Of a DNA stretch of 64,000 nt, positions 1 through 10,421 are shown in pieces; within the stretch, counting starts at the first letter, position 1, and each line of letters starts with the position of its first letter. The notes below the pieces were generated by a model that saw only the letters and a list, made by a program, of their open reading frames with translations, was not told where the DNA came from and searched no databases. The stretch covers positions 130,039 through 194,038 of the forward strand of contig JBAXRQ010000001.1 of assembly GCA_037131105.1 (NCBI GenBank). The letters run 5' to 3'. The translations under genes and the position numbers were made by a program. This stretch comes from a bacterium. Its GTDB lineage: Bacteria; Patescibacteriota; UBA1384; CAILIB01.

Positions 1-321
1 CGTCATGTTGGTCACTTGTAGATAGCGGGTATCAAAGTGAAGGGTGGCACTAATGGCGTTGATAGCCCTTTTTCCAGTCTTTACATGCAGCTCGAGAGGA
101 AATGCGGTGCCTACATTTGCTTGGCTGGGCATGACAAAATAAAAGCCGGCTTCGCCGCTCGGCGTGAAGGAGGCGGGTAGTGAGAGGATGGTTGGTGTGG
201 CAAGTATCCCGATGATGGCCAGAGTCACCCAAAAGAGTAGGCGCCTGCGTCTTCCCCAGGAACGATAAGCTAGGAGAAAAGTCCGGTACCCGTTGCGGAG
301 ACTGGTGAGTAGAGCCCTCAT
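1..321 (-). CDS. Partial CDS (N-terminal part only; the gene continues past the window start). Hypothetical membrane protein.
   Basis: The minus-strand ATG at 321..319 opens a frame that runs to position 1 with no stop: MRALLTSLRNGYRTFLLAYRSWGRRRRLLFWVTLAIIGILATPTIL... It has a hydrophobic N-terminal helix. It starts 2 nt after the stop of the upstream gene. It is missing from the ORF track only because it runs off the edge. Confidence 0.4.
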   Translation of the reverse strand, partial: MRALLTSLRNGYRTFLLAYRSWGRRRRLLFWVTLAIIGILATPTILSLPASFTPSGEAGFYFVMPSQANVGTAFPLELHVKTGKRAINAISATLHFDTRYLQVTNMT

Positions 322-322
322 A

Positions 323-1582
323 TTAGCGTGTGAAGTAGAACATCATAATAGAGAAGTCGACGAGGTTGACTCTGGTGTCACTGTTGATATCGGCGACACG
401 GTGGTTGGTCTGCCAGTGGAATAGTAGTATTGAGAAGTCGACCAGGTTGGTCCTTCCATCGCAGTTAAGGTCTCCGTGTGAGATGTCGCAGGCGGGAGGG
501 GGGTTGTCCGATGTCTGATTAGTAACGACAGTGAAGCTCAGGGTGTTACTGGCGATGCTTTGGTTTCCACCGCTGTCCTGGGCACTGGCATACAAACGGT
601 ACTCCCCAGCCTGGTAGGTAGCTGTCTCAACCGATGAGAGGGTATAGGACCAGTCACCCTGGCCGTTGCTGCTAGTGGAATAGCTGCGCAGAGGTGACTC
701 GGTAAAGATATTGATCTGCGAGTTAGGCTTGGCGGCTCCTGAGACTTTAAGAGTGTCGCCTGGCTGTATCTGGCTCTTATCCAGCTCTAAGGTAGGGGAG
801 AGGAGGATGCCGTTGACTGTGGTAACAGTCCCCCCAACCAGGTCTAACTGAAGGGTGGCTTGGGCCGTGGTTCGGTTTGCAGTATCGCTACCGGCTATGG
901 CGAACGTATGTGTGCCGGGACTTAATCCGGTAATGGAGAACAGAAAGGATCCGGCTATGTCAGCGGCAGCAGTGCCGATGACAGTACCATTCTCGGTGAG
1001 ATTGACGAAGGTACCAGGTGAGGTGAAACCGGTGAAGCTTACGGCGCTGAGTGGGGACTTGAACGTGGCTGACACCTGCACATAGCCCCCTCCTTGGGTG
1101 GGGATGACCGTGGACTGGTTACGGATCGTCAGTCCACTGGAGCTGTCGGAAACCGAGATGATGACACTAGTATCGGCGCCGTCCAGAGGGTTCTGGGCTG
1201 TCATACCTGAGATCTCAATGCTGGTACCGGGAAGGAGAGCCAGGTTTGTGATCTTGGCTCTGTTTCCCTCCACTTGGAAGGTCGGGGTGCCAAAGCCTCC
1301 TGTCACGCTGGAGGCGGGTGTGACATTGGTGTAATTGATGAAGGTTATGATGATCCAGTCACTGGGGGTGATCTGCTGCGAGCTGATAGGGAGCGTGAAG
1401 TCTACTGTGTGGCTCACACCAACGCGGTTGACTATGTTGCTGCTGATCAGGTCCTTAGGATAGTCGAGTGTGCCTACGGCGTGGGTGGGCTGCGTTGGCA
1501 GCATCATCAAAACAAGGGCAAGCGAAATGATCGTGCCCGAGAAACGACGTAGATAAGAAAAAGGACCCCTCCTTTGCGCCAC
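323..1582 (-). CDS. Secreted surface protein with a C-terminal dockerin-type (duplicated Ca-binding) module.
   Basis: N-terminal signal peptide (…LALVLMMLPTQPTHA). The C-terminus carries two tandem dockerin-like repeats, DLNCDGRTNLVDFSILL and DINSDTRVNLVDFSIMM, which fit the DxNxDGxVNxxDxxxL pattern. The middle is Ser/Thr/Gly-rich and probably beta-sandwich. Confidence 0.6.
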   Translation of the reverse strand: MAQRRGPFSYLRRFSGTIISLALVLMMLPTQPTHAVGTLDYPKDLISSNIVNRVGVSHTVDFTLPISSQQITPSDWIIITFINYTNVTPASSVTGGFGTPTFQVEGNRAKITNLALLPGTSIEISGMTAQNPLDGADTSVIISVSDSSSGLTIRNQSTVIPTQGGGYVQVSATFKSPLSAVSFTGFTSPGTFVNLTENGTVIGTAAADIAGSFLFSITGLSPGTHTFAIAGSDTANRTTAQATLQLDLVGGTVTTVNGILLSPTLELDKSQIQPGDTLKVSGAAKPNSQINIFTESPLRSYSTSSNGQGDWSYTLSSVETATYQAGEYRLYASAQDSGGNQSIASNTLSFTVVTNQTSDNPPPACDISHGDLNCDGRTNLVDFSILLFHWQTNHRVADINSDTRVNLVDFSIMMFYFTR

Positions 1583-1583
1583 C

Positions 1584-2588
1584 TCAATCCCTCGTGAGGT
1601 TGTTGATTATTCGTCGAACCTTCTTGCGCTGGGTAATCAGTAGAAGTAGGACTACTATGACTCCAAGACATATCCAGACAAGTAGAAGCGGGAAGATGAT
1701 GAAGCTGGTGGTGGCGGTCAGAGGTACCTTTGACTGACCATAGTTAGCGACAAGAGTAGCAGTGTACTTGCCGACGTAGCCGCTGTCTTCCCAAATAGTG
1801 TTTACTGAACGACTACCGCCTGGAAGGGCGTTTGCCTCAGTAAGAGGAAGCTCTTTGACCTTGCGACCGAAGATATCGGTAATGACAATGGTTCCAGAGG
1901 GAGCCACGTGCACGTTACCAGTATTGGTGGACCTTAGATTGAAGGCAATGGGACCATGCTGATAATAGGAGTCGTCAGTTTTGAAAGAATCGAGGCTGAG
2001 CTGTTCAGTAATATTTCCTGAGACACGTAGCAGGATCAAGCTGTTTAGCTGGGTGATTACCGAGGCACCACCACCGACGACTGCATCACCGGCAAGGCGG
2101 ACCTGTACTGATGCGTAGTGTCCTCCGGGCTCACCTGACTTAGGAATGCGGATACTGATGTTGATAACCTTCTGCTGGCCGGCGGGTACGGTAAAGCTGC
2201 TAGGCTCAACAGTCATCCACTTTGCTAGGGAATAGGTCGTCTTAGGAGCTTTGGGGTCTTCCACAAGGTCGATACCTCCCTGGTCCCCAGCTGCTTTAAA
2301 GTCCTCAACCTTGGTCTGATAGGTCGCATCGCTTGAACCGCTGTTGGTGACTTTTAGATTCTCATTGACCGTGTCACCTGGGTTTCCGAACAGTTCAAAC
2401 TTAGGCGGGCTGACCGTCAGGGTGTCTGCATGTGCGATACCCACTGATAGTGGTGCAACGAGCAGTAGGGTGCTGAATAGTAGGGAAACGACGACTCCCA
2501 AGCGGGTAGTGTTCATGGCGGTAAGTGCGGGGTGTGTGGTAGTACGAAACTTTATCTGCTCTATTATCAACAGATTTTTTAACGACAT
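1584..2588 (-). CDS. Cell-surface protein with an N-terminal signal peptide and a C-terminal transmembrane anchor plus a basic tail.
   Basis: N-terminal hydrophobic signal (…VVVSLLFSTLLLVAPLSVGIAHA). C-terminal TM helix FPLLLVWICLGVIVVLLLLI followed by TQRKKVRR. This architecture resembles the DUF916/DUF3324 (CscA-like) proteins of Firmicutes WxL loci. That resemblance rests on architecture only, not on an alignment. Confidence 0.5.
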   Translation of the reverse strand: MSLKNLLIIEQIKFRTTTHPALTAMNTTRLGVVVSLLFSTLLLVAPLSVGIAHADTLTVSPPKFELFGNPGDTVNENLKVTNSGSSDATYQTKVEDFKAAGDQGGIDLVEDPKAPKTTYSLAKWMTVEPSSFTVPAGQQKVINISIRIPKSGEPGGHYASVQVRLAGDAVVGGGASVITQLNSLILLRVSGNITEQLSLDSFKTDDSYYQHGPIAFNLRSTNTGNVHVAPSGTIVITDIFGRKVKELPLTEANALPGGSRSVNTIWEDSGYVGKYTATLVANYGQSKVPLTATTSFIIFPLLLVWICLGVIVVLLLLITQRKKVRRIINNLTRD

Positions 2589-2635
2589 GCAAGTCGCTTT
2601 AGCTTTTCTGAGCCAATTACTGGCATCCTACCTTC

Positions 2636-3445
2636 TTATGGTTTGATCTTCTGGTAGTCGATATGTACCGTGCCTAAATGAAATATTCCGCTGTCATTAG
2701 AATGGTTTGGAAGTTTGATCATCCATTCAATTTGACCTTTTGCAGACGGCTGGACGTTAGAAAGATCGAACTGCTTGCTAAAGCTGTGCCAGCCGTTCTC
2801 TATGCGCTGACGGGGCGAGCTGGTAATGAGGAGGCTTACGCCATTGAGCGAGGTTAGGCTCTCTAGAGGGACATAGCTACCGTCCTTAAGCCCTAGATCG
2901 CGGGCAATGATAGTATCTGCTGCCAACGTAGATGCAGAAGGATGCGAGGCTAATGCTGATTTGAGGTCTTGGAATTCCGGATTTCGCTGGAAGAACTGGT
3001 ATTGGCCGGTAATGGTATCTGTCCAGTTGAGATCTTTTAGGAGAGGGTGGGAGACAAGGGCTAAATCATGGTAACCGTTTGGCAACTTTACTTCTAAGTA
3101 CGCAACCTCGCTCCCATCTCCACGGTATTGGAAATTTACCAACGTTTCCTTGCGATACTCTTGAGATCCACTGGTGAAATAAGCAAGTCCCGTGGTGACG
3201 TCTTGATGAGGGACGCCTGCCAGCTGCTTTTCATTCTCAGTAGTTGGCCCTGAGAAGTGATTTGTGGTCTTGGGGCAGCCAAATACATGATTGCGCAAGT
3301 ATGAGCACGGCTGGGGAACCCATGCTGAGATGACCAGCACTAGGAGGAATGCACCGCCTATTCCAACCGTAAGCTTGTCCTTAGTAGAGCGCGTCCACTT
3401 CATAGATGATCTTACCGCTATAGGTGTCTGCTGGCTGCACTGCAT
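2636..3445 (-). CDS. Membrane protein anchored at the N-terminus (signal-anchor) with an extracellular domain. The true start is probably the internal Met near 3403.
   Basis: The longest ORF overlaps the upstream gene by 65 nt. The internal start MKWTRSTKDKLTVGIGGAFLLVLVISAWV gives a single N-terminal TM helix. The rest of the protein is hydrophilic. Confidence 0.45.
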   Translation of the reverse strand: MQCSQQTPIAVRSSMKWTRSTKDKLTVGIGGAFLLVLVISAWVPQPCSYLRNHVFGCPKTTNHFSGPTTENEKQLAGVPHQDVTTGLAYFTSGSQEYRKETLVNFQYRGDGSEVAYLEVKLPNGYHDLALVSHPLLKDLNWTDTITGQYQFFQRNPEFQDLKSALASHPSASTLAADTIIARDLGLKDGSYVPLESLTSLNGVSLLITSSPRQRIENGWHSFSKQFDLSNVQPSAKGQIEWMIKLPNHSNDSGIFHLGTVHIDYQKIKP

Positions 3446-4472
3446 TTATACCAAAAGCGTAGGATACGTAAATAGTCACTTCTGTTCGATCAGCAGTAGT
3501 AGAAGTGGCCACAGCATGTTTAGTAGTTGAAATCGGGCCGAACTTTGCACTTGCACTAGACCAGCCACTTACCCGGGTGTCACTGGTATTTGCTGCAATC
3601 CAACCGCTATTACTGTTGGCACTGGTTCCTGAGGGGGTGGCCCAGTTCTGGGGAGTGGACCAGGTGGCGTCGACGGCTCCGAAAGGGCTTATCTGGTTGT
3701 CAGGGTTTGAGCCGCTAATTGGTTCATTTAGATACGCATAGACCGTATAGCCACGCGGGGCATTGGTTGTGATCTGTAGTTTGTGGGCAGCGTACTGCAC
3801 GTTTCCTGGCGACATATTTCCGAAAGGGAATTCGGTACCCGATCCTGCAACGGTCGTCGTTACTCCGTTATGTGTCTGGCTGACCGGTACGCTGGATATT
3901 TGAAAGCTGAAGGAAGGATCCTCGGTAATGACATAGGTAGTCTCACCGCTGTCGATGTGCGTGTGGCTATCATCTGAAAATGTCGTGATAGCTACATAGC
4001 AGGTGTCACTTAGATTGATGGTACCTGAGTTACAGTCAGCTATGTGCGGATTGGTGATGTTCTGCAAGTCAACTGAAGCACTCGAAGAAGCGGTAACTTC
4101 AGCCGGAGTGTCGCGCCCAATGTAAATAAGTCCGTCACCGGCACTAGCGGTATTCAGGCTCCAGCCACTTCCTAGTCCACTGACTGTGCCTAGGGTTGCG
4201 CTTGAAAGGCTGAGGTGGGACGGCTTTGTGGTGCCGGCTGACACCGTGGAGAACTGGAAGGCGACACGCTGAATATCGCTGGTGGTGGCTGTGGTGAAGG
4301 TGATGACATGGTGTACGCCGGTCGCAGCGGCCTGGTAATCGCTCAGTGTATCGGCTTGGCTGGTCACACTTCCTGCAAAAGCAGTTTGTATCCCAAAAGT
4401 CGTTACGAGAGCAATGATTGTTACTAGTCGAGCGGCTCTAATACATAAGGAGTGCAGGGTATTCATACCCAT
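3381..4472 (-). CDS. Secreted Thr/Ser/Asn-rich beta-rich surface protein, paralog A.
   Basis: Signal peptide (…TFGIQTAFAGS). It shares several blocks with the next gene: TLSDYQAAATGV vs TLSDVTSNQTSV; SDTCYVAITTFSDDSHT vs SETCWVRITTYASDNST; FPFGN…GYTVYAY vs IPFGN…GYTVYNKF. Both share the C-terminal motif Y-[ST]-G-x3-Y-x-V-x-A-x-Y. Confidence 0.6.
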   Translation of the reverse strand: MGMNTLHSLCIRAARLVTIIALVTTFGIQTAFAGSVTSQADTLSDYQAAATGVHHVITFTTATTSDIQRVAFQFSTVSAGTTKPSHLSLSSATLGTVSGLGSGWSLNTASAGDGLIYIGRDTPAEVTASSSASVDLQNITNPHIADCNSGTINLSDTCYVAITTFSDDSHTHIDSGETTYVITEDPSFSFQISSVPVSQTHNGVTTTVAGSGTEFPFGNMSPGNVQYAAHKLQITTNAPRGYTVYAYLNEPISGSNPDNQISPFGAVDATWSTPQNWATPSGTSANSNSGWIAANTSDTRVSGWSSASAKFGPISTTKHAVATSTTADRTEVTIYVSYAFGINAVQPADTYSGKIIYEVDALY

Positions 4473-4543
4473 TAGTATACAGCATTAGAGTACAAAAGAA
4501 CGCCCCCGAAGGGGCGTCCGTTTGCTCTGAGACCGATCCTAGG

Positions 4544-5794
4544 TTAGTAGGAAGCGACGACGTTGTAAACTGTGGTACCAGTGTACTGGTCGGAAGGCTC
4601 GAAGGCGTTAGACTGTACCTTGAAGCTTACGTAGGTAGCGACGGTACCGTTGTCAGGACTGGTGGCAATCATGACCTTCTTACCGATGCTAGAACCGACG
4701 TATGGTGGTGCCCAGACGTTAGCGGAGCTGAAGCCGCTTACGTTGGCATTGCTGCTGCGAATACCGAGCCAAGCCGTATCAACGTTCCTGGTGGTACCGT
4801 CAGGACCGTTAGGATAGGTTCCAGCGCTCCAAACAGCTGATGCATTTGATCCGCCATCTTCAGCCCAACCGGTTCCAACGGTTCCTCCATCGAAGGGATC
4901 GATGTTGTTGGCCGAGTAGGTACCGACCATCAGGTCTGTAGCTGGGGCCGAACCATTGAACTTATTGTAAACGGTGTAACCGTTGTTCGCGTTAGTCAGA
5001 ACTTTTAGGTCCTGAGTGGCAACCTTGGCTGATCCCAGGGCTACGTTTCCGAAAGGAATGGTAGTAGCGGTGGTGGTGACCGAAGTGGCGCCAGCATTGG
5101 CGTCAGACGTGGTTCCGCTGTTCACACCAGCAACCGTGAAGGTAAGAACTGGATCGATGGTGGCTGTCACCGTGATGGTGTTGATAACCGTGTAGGTGGC
5201 AGTACCGTTGTCGACAACAGTTGAGTTGTCAGATGCGTAGGTGGTAATACGTACCCAGCAGGTCTCCGAGTTGGTAACGGAGTCACAAGGGGTGCTAGCC
5301 GAAACGGTGTTGCTGTGGACGTTCGCTGTAGCGAAGCTCAGGACAGGGCTTCCTGAAAGCGTGCCGGTGTCGGTGGTAGCCGTGTAGATAAGAGTACCGG
5401 TGGTAGTCTTATCGAGGGTCCAGTTGCTTGTGTCGCCAGTACCGCCGATGGTAACTGCTGACTTGGTAGCGGAACCGTTGGCGAAGTTATCAGGAACAGT
5501 AGCATCGGTGGATGCGTTCTGGCGGAAGTCGAACTTCACTCTGCCAAGCGGGGTGGTGGAACCTGGCTTGAAGGCGATGGTATAGGTAACAGAAGTCTGG
5601 TTCGAAGTAACGTCTGAAAGAGTAACAGTTGAAGTGTTCAACTGTCCGGCAGCCTGGGCGATACCTGCCATACCAAGGCCAGTCATGGCCAGGGTAGTGG
5701 AAAGCATCAAGGCCCCACTTACTACTTTACGTAAGGATGCAGTCATAAATCCCTCATTTAAACTGATGATGTAATAAAAATGTTGAAGCCACAC
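4544..5794 (-). CDS. Secreted Thr/Ser/Asn-rich beta-rich surface protein, paralog B. It may be an abundant surface or S-layer-like protein.
   Basis: Signal peptide (…MTGLGMAGIAQAAG). It has a GAGG ribosome-binding site upstream, one of the few clear ones in the window. It is paralogous to 3381..4472. Its C-terminus is …AWLGIRS…YTGTTVYNVVASY. Confidence 0.6.
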   Translation of the reverse strand: MWLQHFYYIISLNEGFMTASLRKVVSGALMLSTTLAMTGLGMAGIAQAAGQLNTSTVTLSDVTSNQTSVTYTIAFKPGSTTPLGRVKFDFRQNASTDATVPDNFANGSATKSAVTIGGTGDTSNWTLDKTTTGTLIYTATTDTGTLSGSPVLSFATANVHSNTVSASTPCDSVTNSETCWVRITTYASDNSTVVDNGTATYTVINTITVTATIDPVLTFTVAGVNSGTTSDANAGATSVTTTATTIPFGNVALGSAKVATQDLKVLTNANNGYTVYNKFNGSAPATDLMVGTYSANNIDPFDGGTVGTGWAEDGGSNASAVWSAGTYPNGPDGTTRNVDTAWLGIRSSNANVSGFSSANVWAPPYVGSSIGKKVMIATSPDNGTVATYVSFKVQSNAFEPSDQYTGTTVYNVVASY

Positions 5795-5883
5795 GATTCG
5801 TGTATCTCAGAATCGAGTAAATTGTTAAGATTCAATCCTTTATAGGGTGCCTCGTAATTTACATTACAATACCATTAAACGGG

Positions 5884-6168
5884 TTAGGCGGATGGCTTGT
5901 CAACTATTTTTGGGGCAGCTCCAACCAGGATAGTGACTATGTCATTTTTAATGCGAAGAATACCGCTTTCTATAGCCATGTTCTCTTCTTTTTCAGAGTG
6001 GACCTGTAATTCACCTTTACCTAGTTCAGCGAACATAGGAGTGTGGCCAGGTAGTAGTCCGAGCATGGTTTCTTTGCCTGGCGCCAGGATATAGTCAGCC
6101 GTTCCTTCGAAGAGGATCTCGTCCGGGTTGATGATTTTTACGGTCAACTTTGGTTTTTCGTCAGCCAT
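5884..6168 (-). CDS. atpC: F-type ATP synthase epsilon subunit (short form without the C-terminal helical hairpin).
   Basis: A 94-aa beta-sandwich-type epsilon (…ILAPGKETMLGLLPGHTPMFAEL…). It lies immediately downstream of atpD. Confidence 0.85.
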   Translation of the reverse strand: MADEKPKLTVKIINPDEILFEGTADYILAPGKETMLGLLPGHTPMFAELGKGELQVHSEKEENMAIESGILRIKNDIVTILVGAAPKIVDKPSA

Positions 6169-6275
6169 GTCGTTGCATTTTGATTAAGCGCACTGGTTCG
6201 GCTGTCCAGTCGACTTCGAGTTGAGCATTCATTGGCTGTCTTATTGAAGCGAGACGAGGGAGAATGGAAGTCGAA

Positions 6276-7688
<1,413 letters not shown>

Positions 7689-7747
7689 CTAGTATATCAT
7701 TCGAGTCCCCTATCATACATGGTCCGATTTTCCACTAGCTCTTCTTG

Positions 7748-8194
7748 CTAATAATACTTCCAGTTTCCTTGAGCAAGGTAGTTCATATATCCTGGGCTAC
7801 AGCTCGTAGTGGTTTTCCATTGAAATACGTCAGTCTTTACGCTGTAGCGAGTGCACCTCTGACTAAGGTCGAGCGCTCTGGTTAGCGTGTGAATGATGTT
7901 CGTAACAAAAAATATGCCAATGATAAGAAATCCTAGTGCGATCACTAGTCTTTCGGCCTTAAAAGCCAGGCGTCGGAAAAGCTGGATGAGTACGTACCCG
8001 TAGATCAGGGAGGCTCCGATTGAGTACATCGCGACAACTATCTGAAAACCGACCGTTGTGCCGTCAGAAAACGCCATTATCAGGATGAGGAAGACAAGAC
8101 TAGGAATAGCAGCCACGATGCTGAGTGGAAGAGGAGATGCGGCGCACTGAAAACGTGTCTTGAGGGGTTGGGTTGTTGGATTTGAGAGAGTCAT
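7748..8194 (-). CDS. Small polytopic membrane protein of unknown function, inserted inside the atp locus.
   Basis: Three to four predicted hydrophobic helices. No recognisable motif. Confidence 0.4.
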   Translation of the reverse strand: MTLSNPTTQPLKTRFQCAASPLPLSIVAAIPSLVFLILIMAFSDGTTVGFQIVVAMYSIGASLIYGYVLIQLFRRLAFKAERLVIALGFLIIGIFFVTNIIHTLTRALDLSQRCTRYSVKTDVFQWKTTTSCSPGYMNYLAQGNWKYY

Positions 8195-8214
8195 ACCTTT
8201 GAAGGTTCAGTGGG

Positions 8215-8784
8215 CTATTGTTTTTTGTGCTCTCCCAGATACTTTGAAACGGCCACCGAGAAGTTGGCCAGGAAAATGTAGAAAGGATAGGCTAGGAGGA
8301 TGGGGTCGAGCTCGCCAACCGAGATGATGGCCAGGATTCCGGCCAATGACACGATCAACCACATGGGATAGGTCTCCGTCGAGGGGTCCTCGTAGGTCTT
8401 CATTACCGTAAGGCTGGCGGCGATGGCGTCGATACCCATGGTGATGAGCAGGGCGAAGACGGCTTCCTTGGTGAAATACCAGATGACCAGGCCGATGCCT
8501 GCGGCAATGAGGGCATTAAGGTCCCGTCTGACCAGGCCGCCCGCGCCGTATTTGAGGGAGAGTAGGAAGACCAGTAGCGCTCCCAGGCCGTCCAGTGCAC
8601 TAAACCAGAGTGAGCTAGTGGCGCCTTCTGACAATTGGGCGAAGAAGGCGATACCCACCAATATGCTCCAAATGAGCCAGGAGGCGCGCTCGGGCTTGGC
8701 CTTTTTGTGGAGGATATCAAGAATATAGGGATAATAGCTCCCGGCCGCCAATACTCCTGCGATAAGTCCGATTACTTCAAGCAT
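8215..8784 (-). CDS. Polytopic membrane protein of unknown function, inserted inside the atp locus.
   Basis: About 6 hydrophobic segments. It is not an ATP synthase a subunit: there is no conserved Arg-containing LRLFGN-type helix. Confidence 0.45.
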   Translation of the reverse strand: MLEVIGLIAGVLAAGSYYPYILDILHKKAKPERASWLIWSILVGIAFFAQLSEGATSSLWFSALDGLGALLVFLLSLKYGAGGLVRRDLNALIAAGIGLVIWYFTKEAVFALLITMGIDAIAASLTVMKTYEDPSTETYPMWLIVSLAGILAIISVGELDPILLAYPFYIFLANFSVAVSKYLGEHKKQ

Positions 8785-8808
8785 GGGCTTACTATAGCGG
8801 TATGTGGG

Positions 8809-9354
8809 TTATATTTCGACTCTGAATACTTCGGCATTGACTGCTTCGGTGATCTCTCCTGGAGAGTAAAGGGATTTGGCTGCCTCAAGTATGCCTCCGT
8901 GGGTGGTGATCAGTACGGTTTTGCCAGAGTGCTCGTTCTTGGCGAAATCAATGAACCCCCGTACCCGTACCCTCACATCCTCGGCAGATTCTCCCCCGAA
9001 CGCCCGGTAGTCGTAGGCGGAAGAGGTGTCTTTTATGCGGATGTCGGGATCACCGGTCTCGGCGGCGATCTCGTCCCAGGTCATGCCTCCAAGCCTGCCG
9101 TAGCTCAGCTCCTTCAGGTCGTCTCGCGTCGAGATGGGCAGCCCGAGATTTCCATTAAGTATCTCGGCAGTCTGTAGGGCCCGCTTCATGGGGGAGGATA
9201 GTATCTCATCAATGCCGGCCGGCAGTGCCTGGGCGGCAGCTTGAACTTGGGCGATGCCGACTTCGTTCAGTGGTCCGTCCACCTCCTGGCCATAAGCGAT
9301 CCCTTGCTTGTTGCCATCGGTCTGGCCATGTCTGATGAAGAGTAGGGCGGTCAT
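8809..9354 (-). CDS. Histidine phosphatase (phosphoglycerate mutase-like) family protein.
   Basis: N-terminal LFIRHGQTDGN (the RHG catalytic motif) and a downstream TTHGG second-His motif. Confidence 0.8.
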   Translation of the reverse strand: MTALLFIRHGQTDGNKQGIAYGQEVDGPLNEVGIAQVQAAAQALPAGIDEILSSPMKRALQTAEILNGNLGLPISTRDDLKELSYGRLGGMTWDEIAAETGDPDIRIKDTSSAYDYRAFGGESAEDVRVRVRGFIDFAKNEHSGKTVLITTHGGILEAAKSLYSPGEITEAVNAEVFRVEI

Positions 9355-9488
9355 ATTTTATTCTTATTGAGTGTAAGATTTCGTAGTGAGCATCCCCGTC
9401 CCTACAGATCGACTTAGCGTACAACGAAGTTGTACTTATGCATGACTCCTATGGCGCGCGGAGAGCTGTGGGGAGAGGGGAAGCGAAC

Positions 9489-10418
9489 TTACCATAGGGC
9501 ACTTCCCGCAAACACTTCCCCGATCTTCTTATCAATCATCTTCCGCCGTGCCTTGTTGTATTCCATCCTGAGATCACCAAGCAGGGCGTTGGCATTGTCT
9601 GAGGCGGTCTTCATGCCGATCATCTGGGAGCTGTTTTGGGCCAGGCGGGCGTCCATGATCTGCTGCTGGAACAGAGCGTTTCGCAGGGTCTTGCTCACTC
9701 CTTCGATAAGCTGGTCGATGTGGGGTTCGTACAGGTAGCGTCCTTCTTTTACCGGTTCTTCTTTTTTACCCTCTTTTCCATTCTCGGCTTGCTCCTTGGT
9801 CTCCTCGACCTTTGCGTCCTTCTTGGTATCGGTCGCGACCGAAACGGCTAGGGGCGCTACTACCGAAAGGACCACCACTTCGCGGGTGGCGGTATTGATA
9901 AAGCGGGAGTAAGCGAGGGTCACCTGGTCATAGTAGTCGAAGCTGCTGGTCAGGCGACTAAGGTCTTCGACGCCGAAGGTATCCGGTACGGTGTAGGGGT
10001 AGACTTTCAGCTCCTTAAACTTGTGGCCCTGGAAGTATTCCTGGCCTTTTTTACCGACTATGAAGAAGTCGGCATCCTTCTGCTCTACGAGCAGCTTCTC
10101 AACCTTCTGGTAGATCTCGATGTTGTAGCGTCCGGTTAGACCCTGGTTTGAGGTGACGATAATGACGGCGCGGCGGTCGACGCCTCCAGAGGGCTTGCGC
10201 TTTTTCAGCTTGGTCATATCCTCTGACTGCATGGCGTTGCGCTGGGACATGAGCTCTTGCAACAGATCAGAGGCCGTCTCAACGAAGGGGCGGCTTTTCA
10301 TCACCTGGGTACGCAGGCGCATCATGCGCTGGGTGGCGATTTGCTGGAGGGCGTTGGTGAACTCACCCACCGAACCTACCACGATCATCTGTTCCTTGGT
10401 TTCGTTGAGGGTAGGCAT
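9489..10418 (-). CDS. atpG: F-type ATP synthase gamma subunit.
   Basis: Length and position (immediately downstream of atpA) fit. The C-terminal helix …MIDKKIGEVFAGSALW is typical of gamma. Confidence 0.85.
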   Translation of the reverse strand: MPTLNETKEQMIVVGSVGEFTNALQQIATQRMMRLRTQVMKSRPFVETASDLLQELMSQRNAMQSEDMTKLKKRKPSGGVDRRAVIIVTSNQGLTGRYNIEIYQKVEKLLVEQKDADFFIVGKKGQEYFQGHKFKELKVYPYTVPDTFGVEDLSRLTSSFDYYDQVTLAYSRFINTATREVVVLSVVAPLAVSVATDTKKDAKVEETKEQAENGKEGKKEEPVKEGRYLYEPHIDQLIEGVSKTLRNALFQQQIMDARLAQNSSQMIGMKTASDNANALLGDLRMEYNKARRKMIDKKIGEVFAGSALW

Positions 10419-10421
10419 GGC

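Noticed and set aside
3381-5794. Calling the two secreted paralogs bona fide WxL-domain proteins.
   Set aside because: Only a loose C-terminal resemblance is visible (AWL in one; the Y-x-G…Y-x-V motif). The canonical paired WxL motifs are not evident. Only the architectural analogy is kept.
8403-9177. ORFs 8403..8720(-), 8423..8728(+) and 8635..9177(+).
   Set aside because: They overlap the membrane protein and histidine phosphatase genes in alternative frames and have no motifs. They are treated as spurious.
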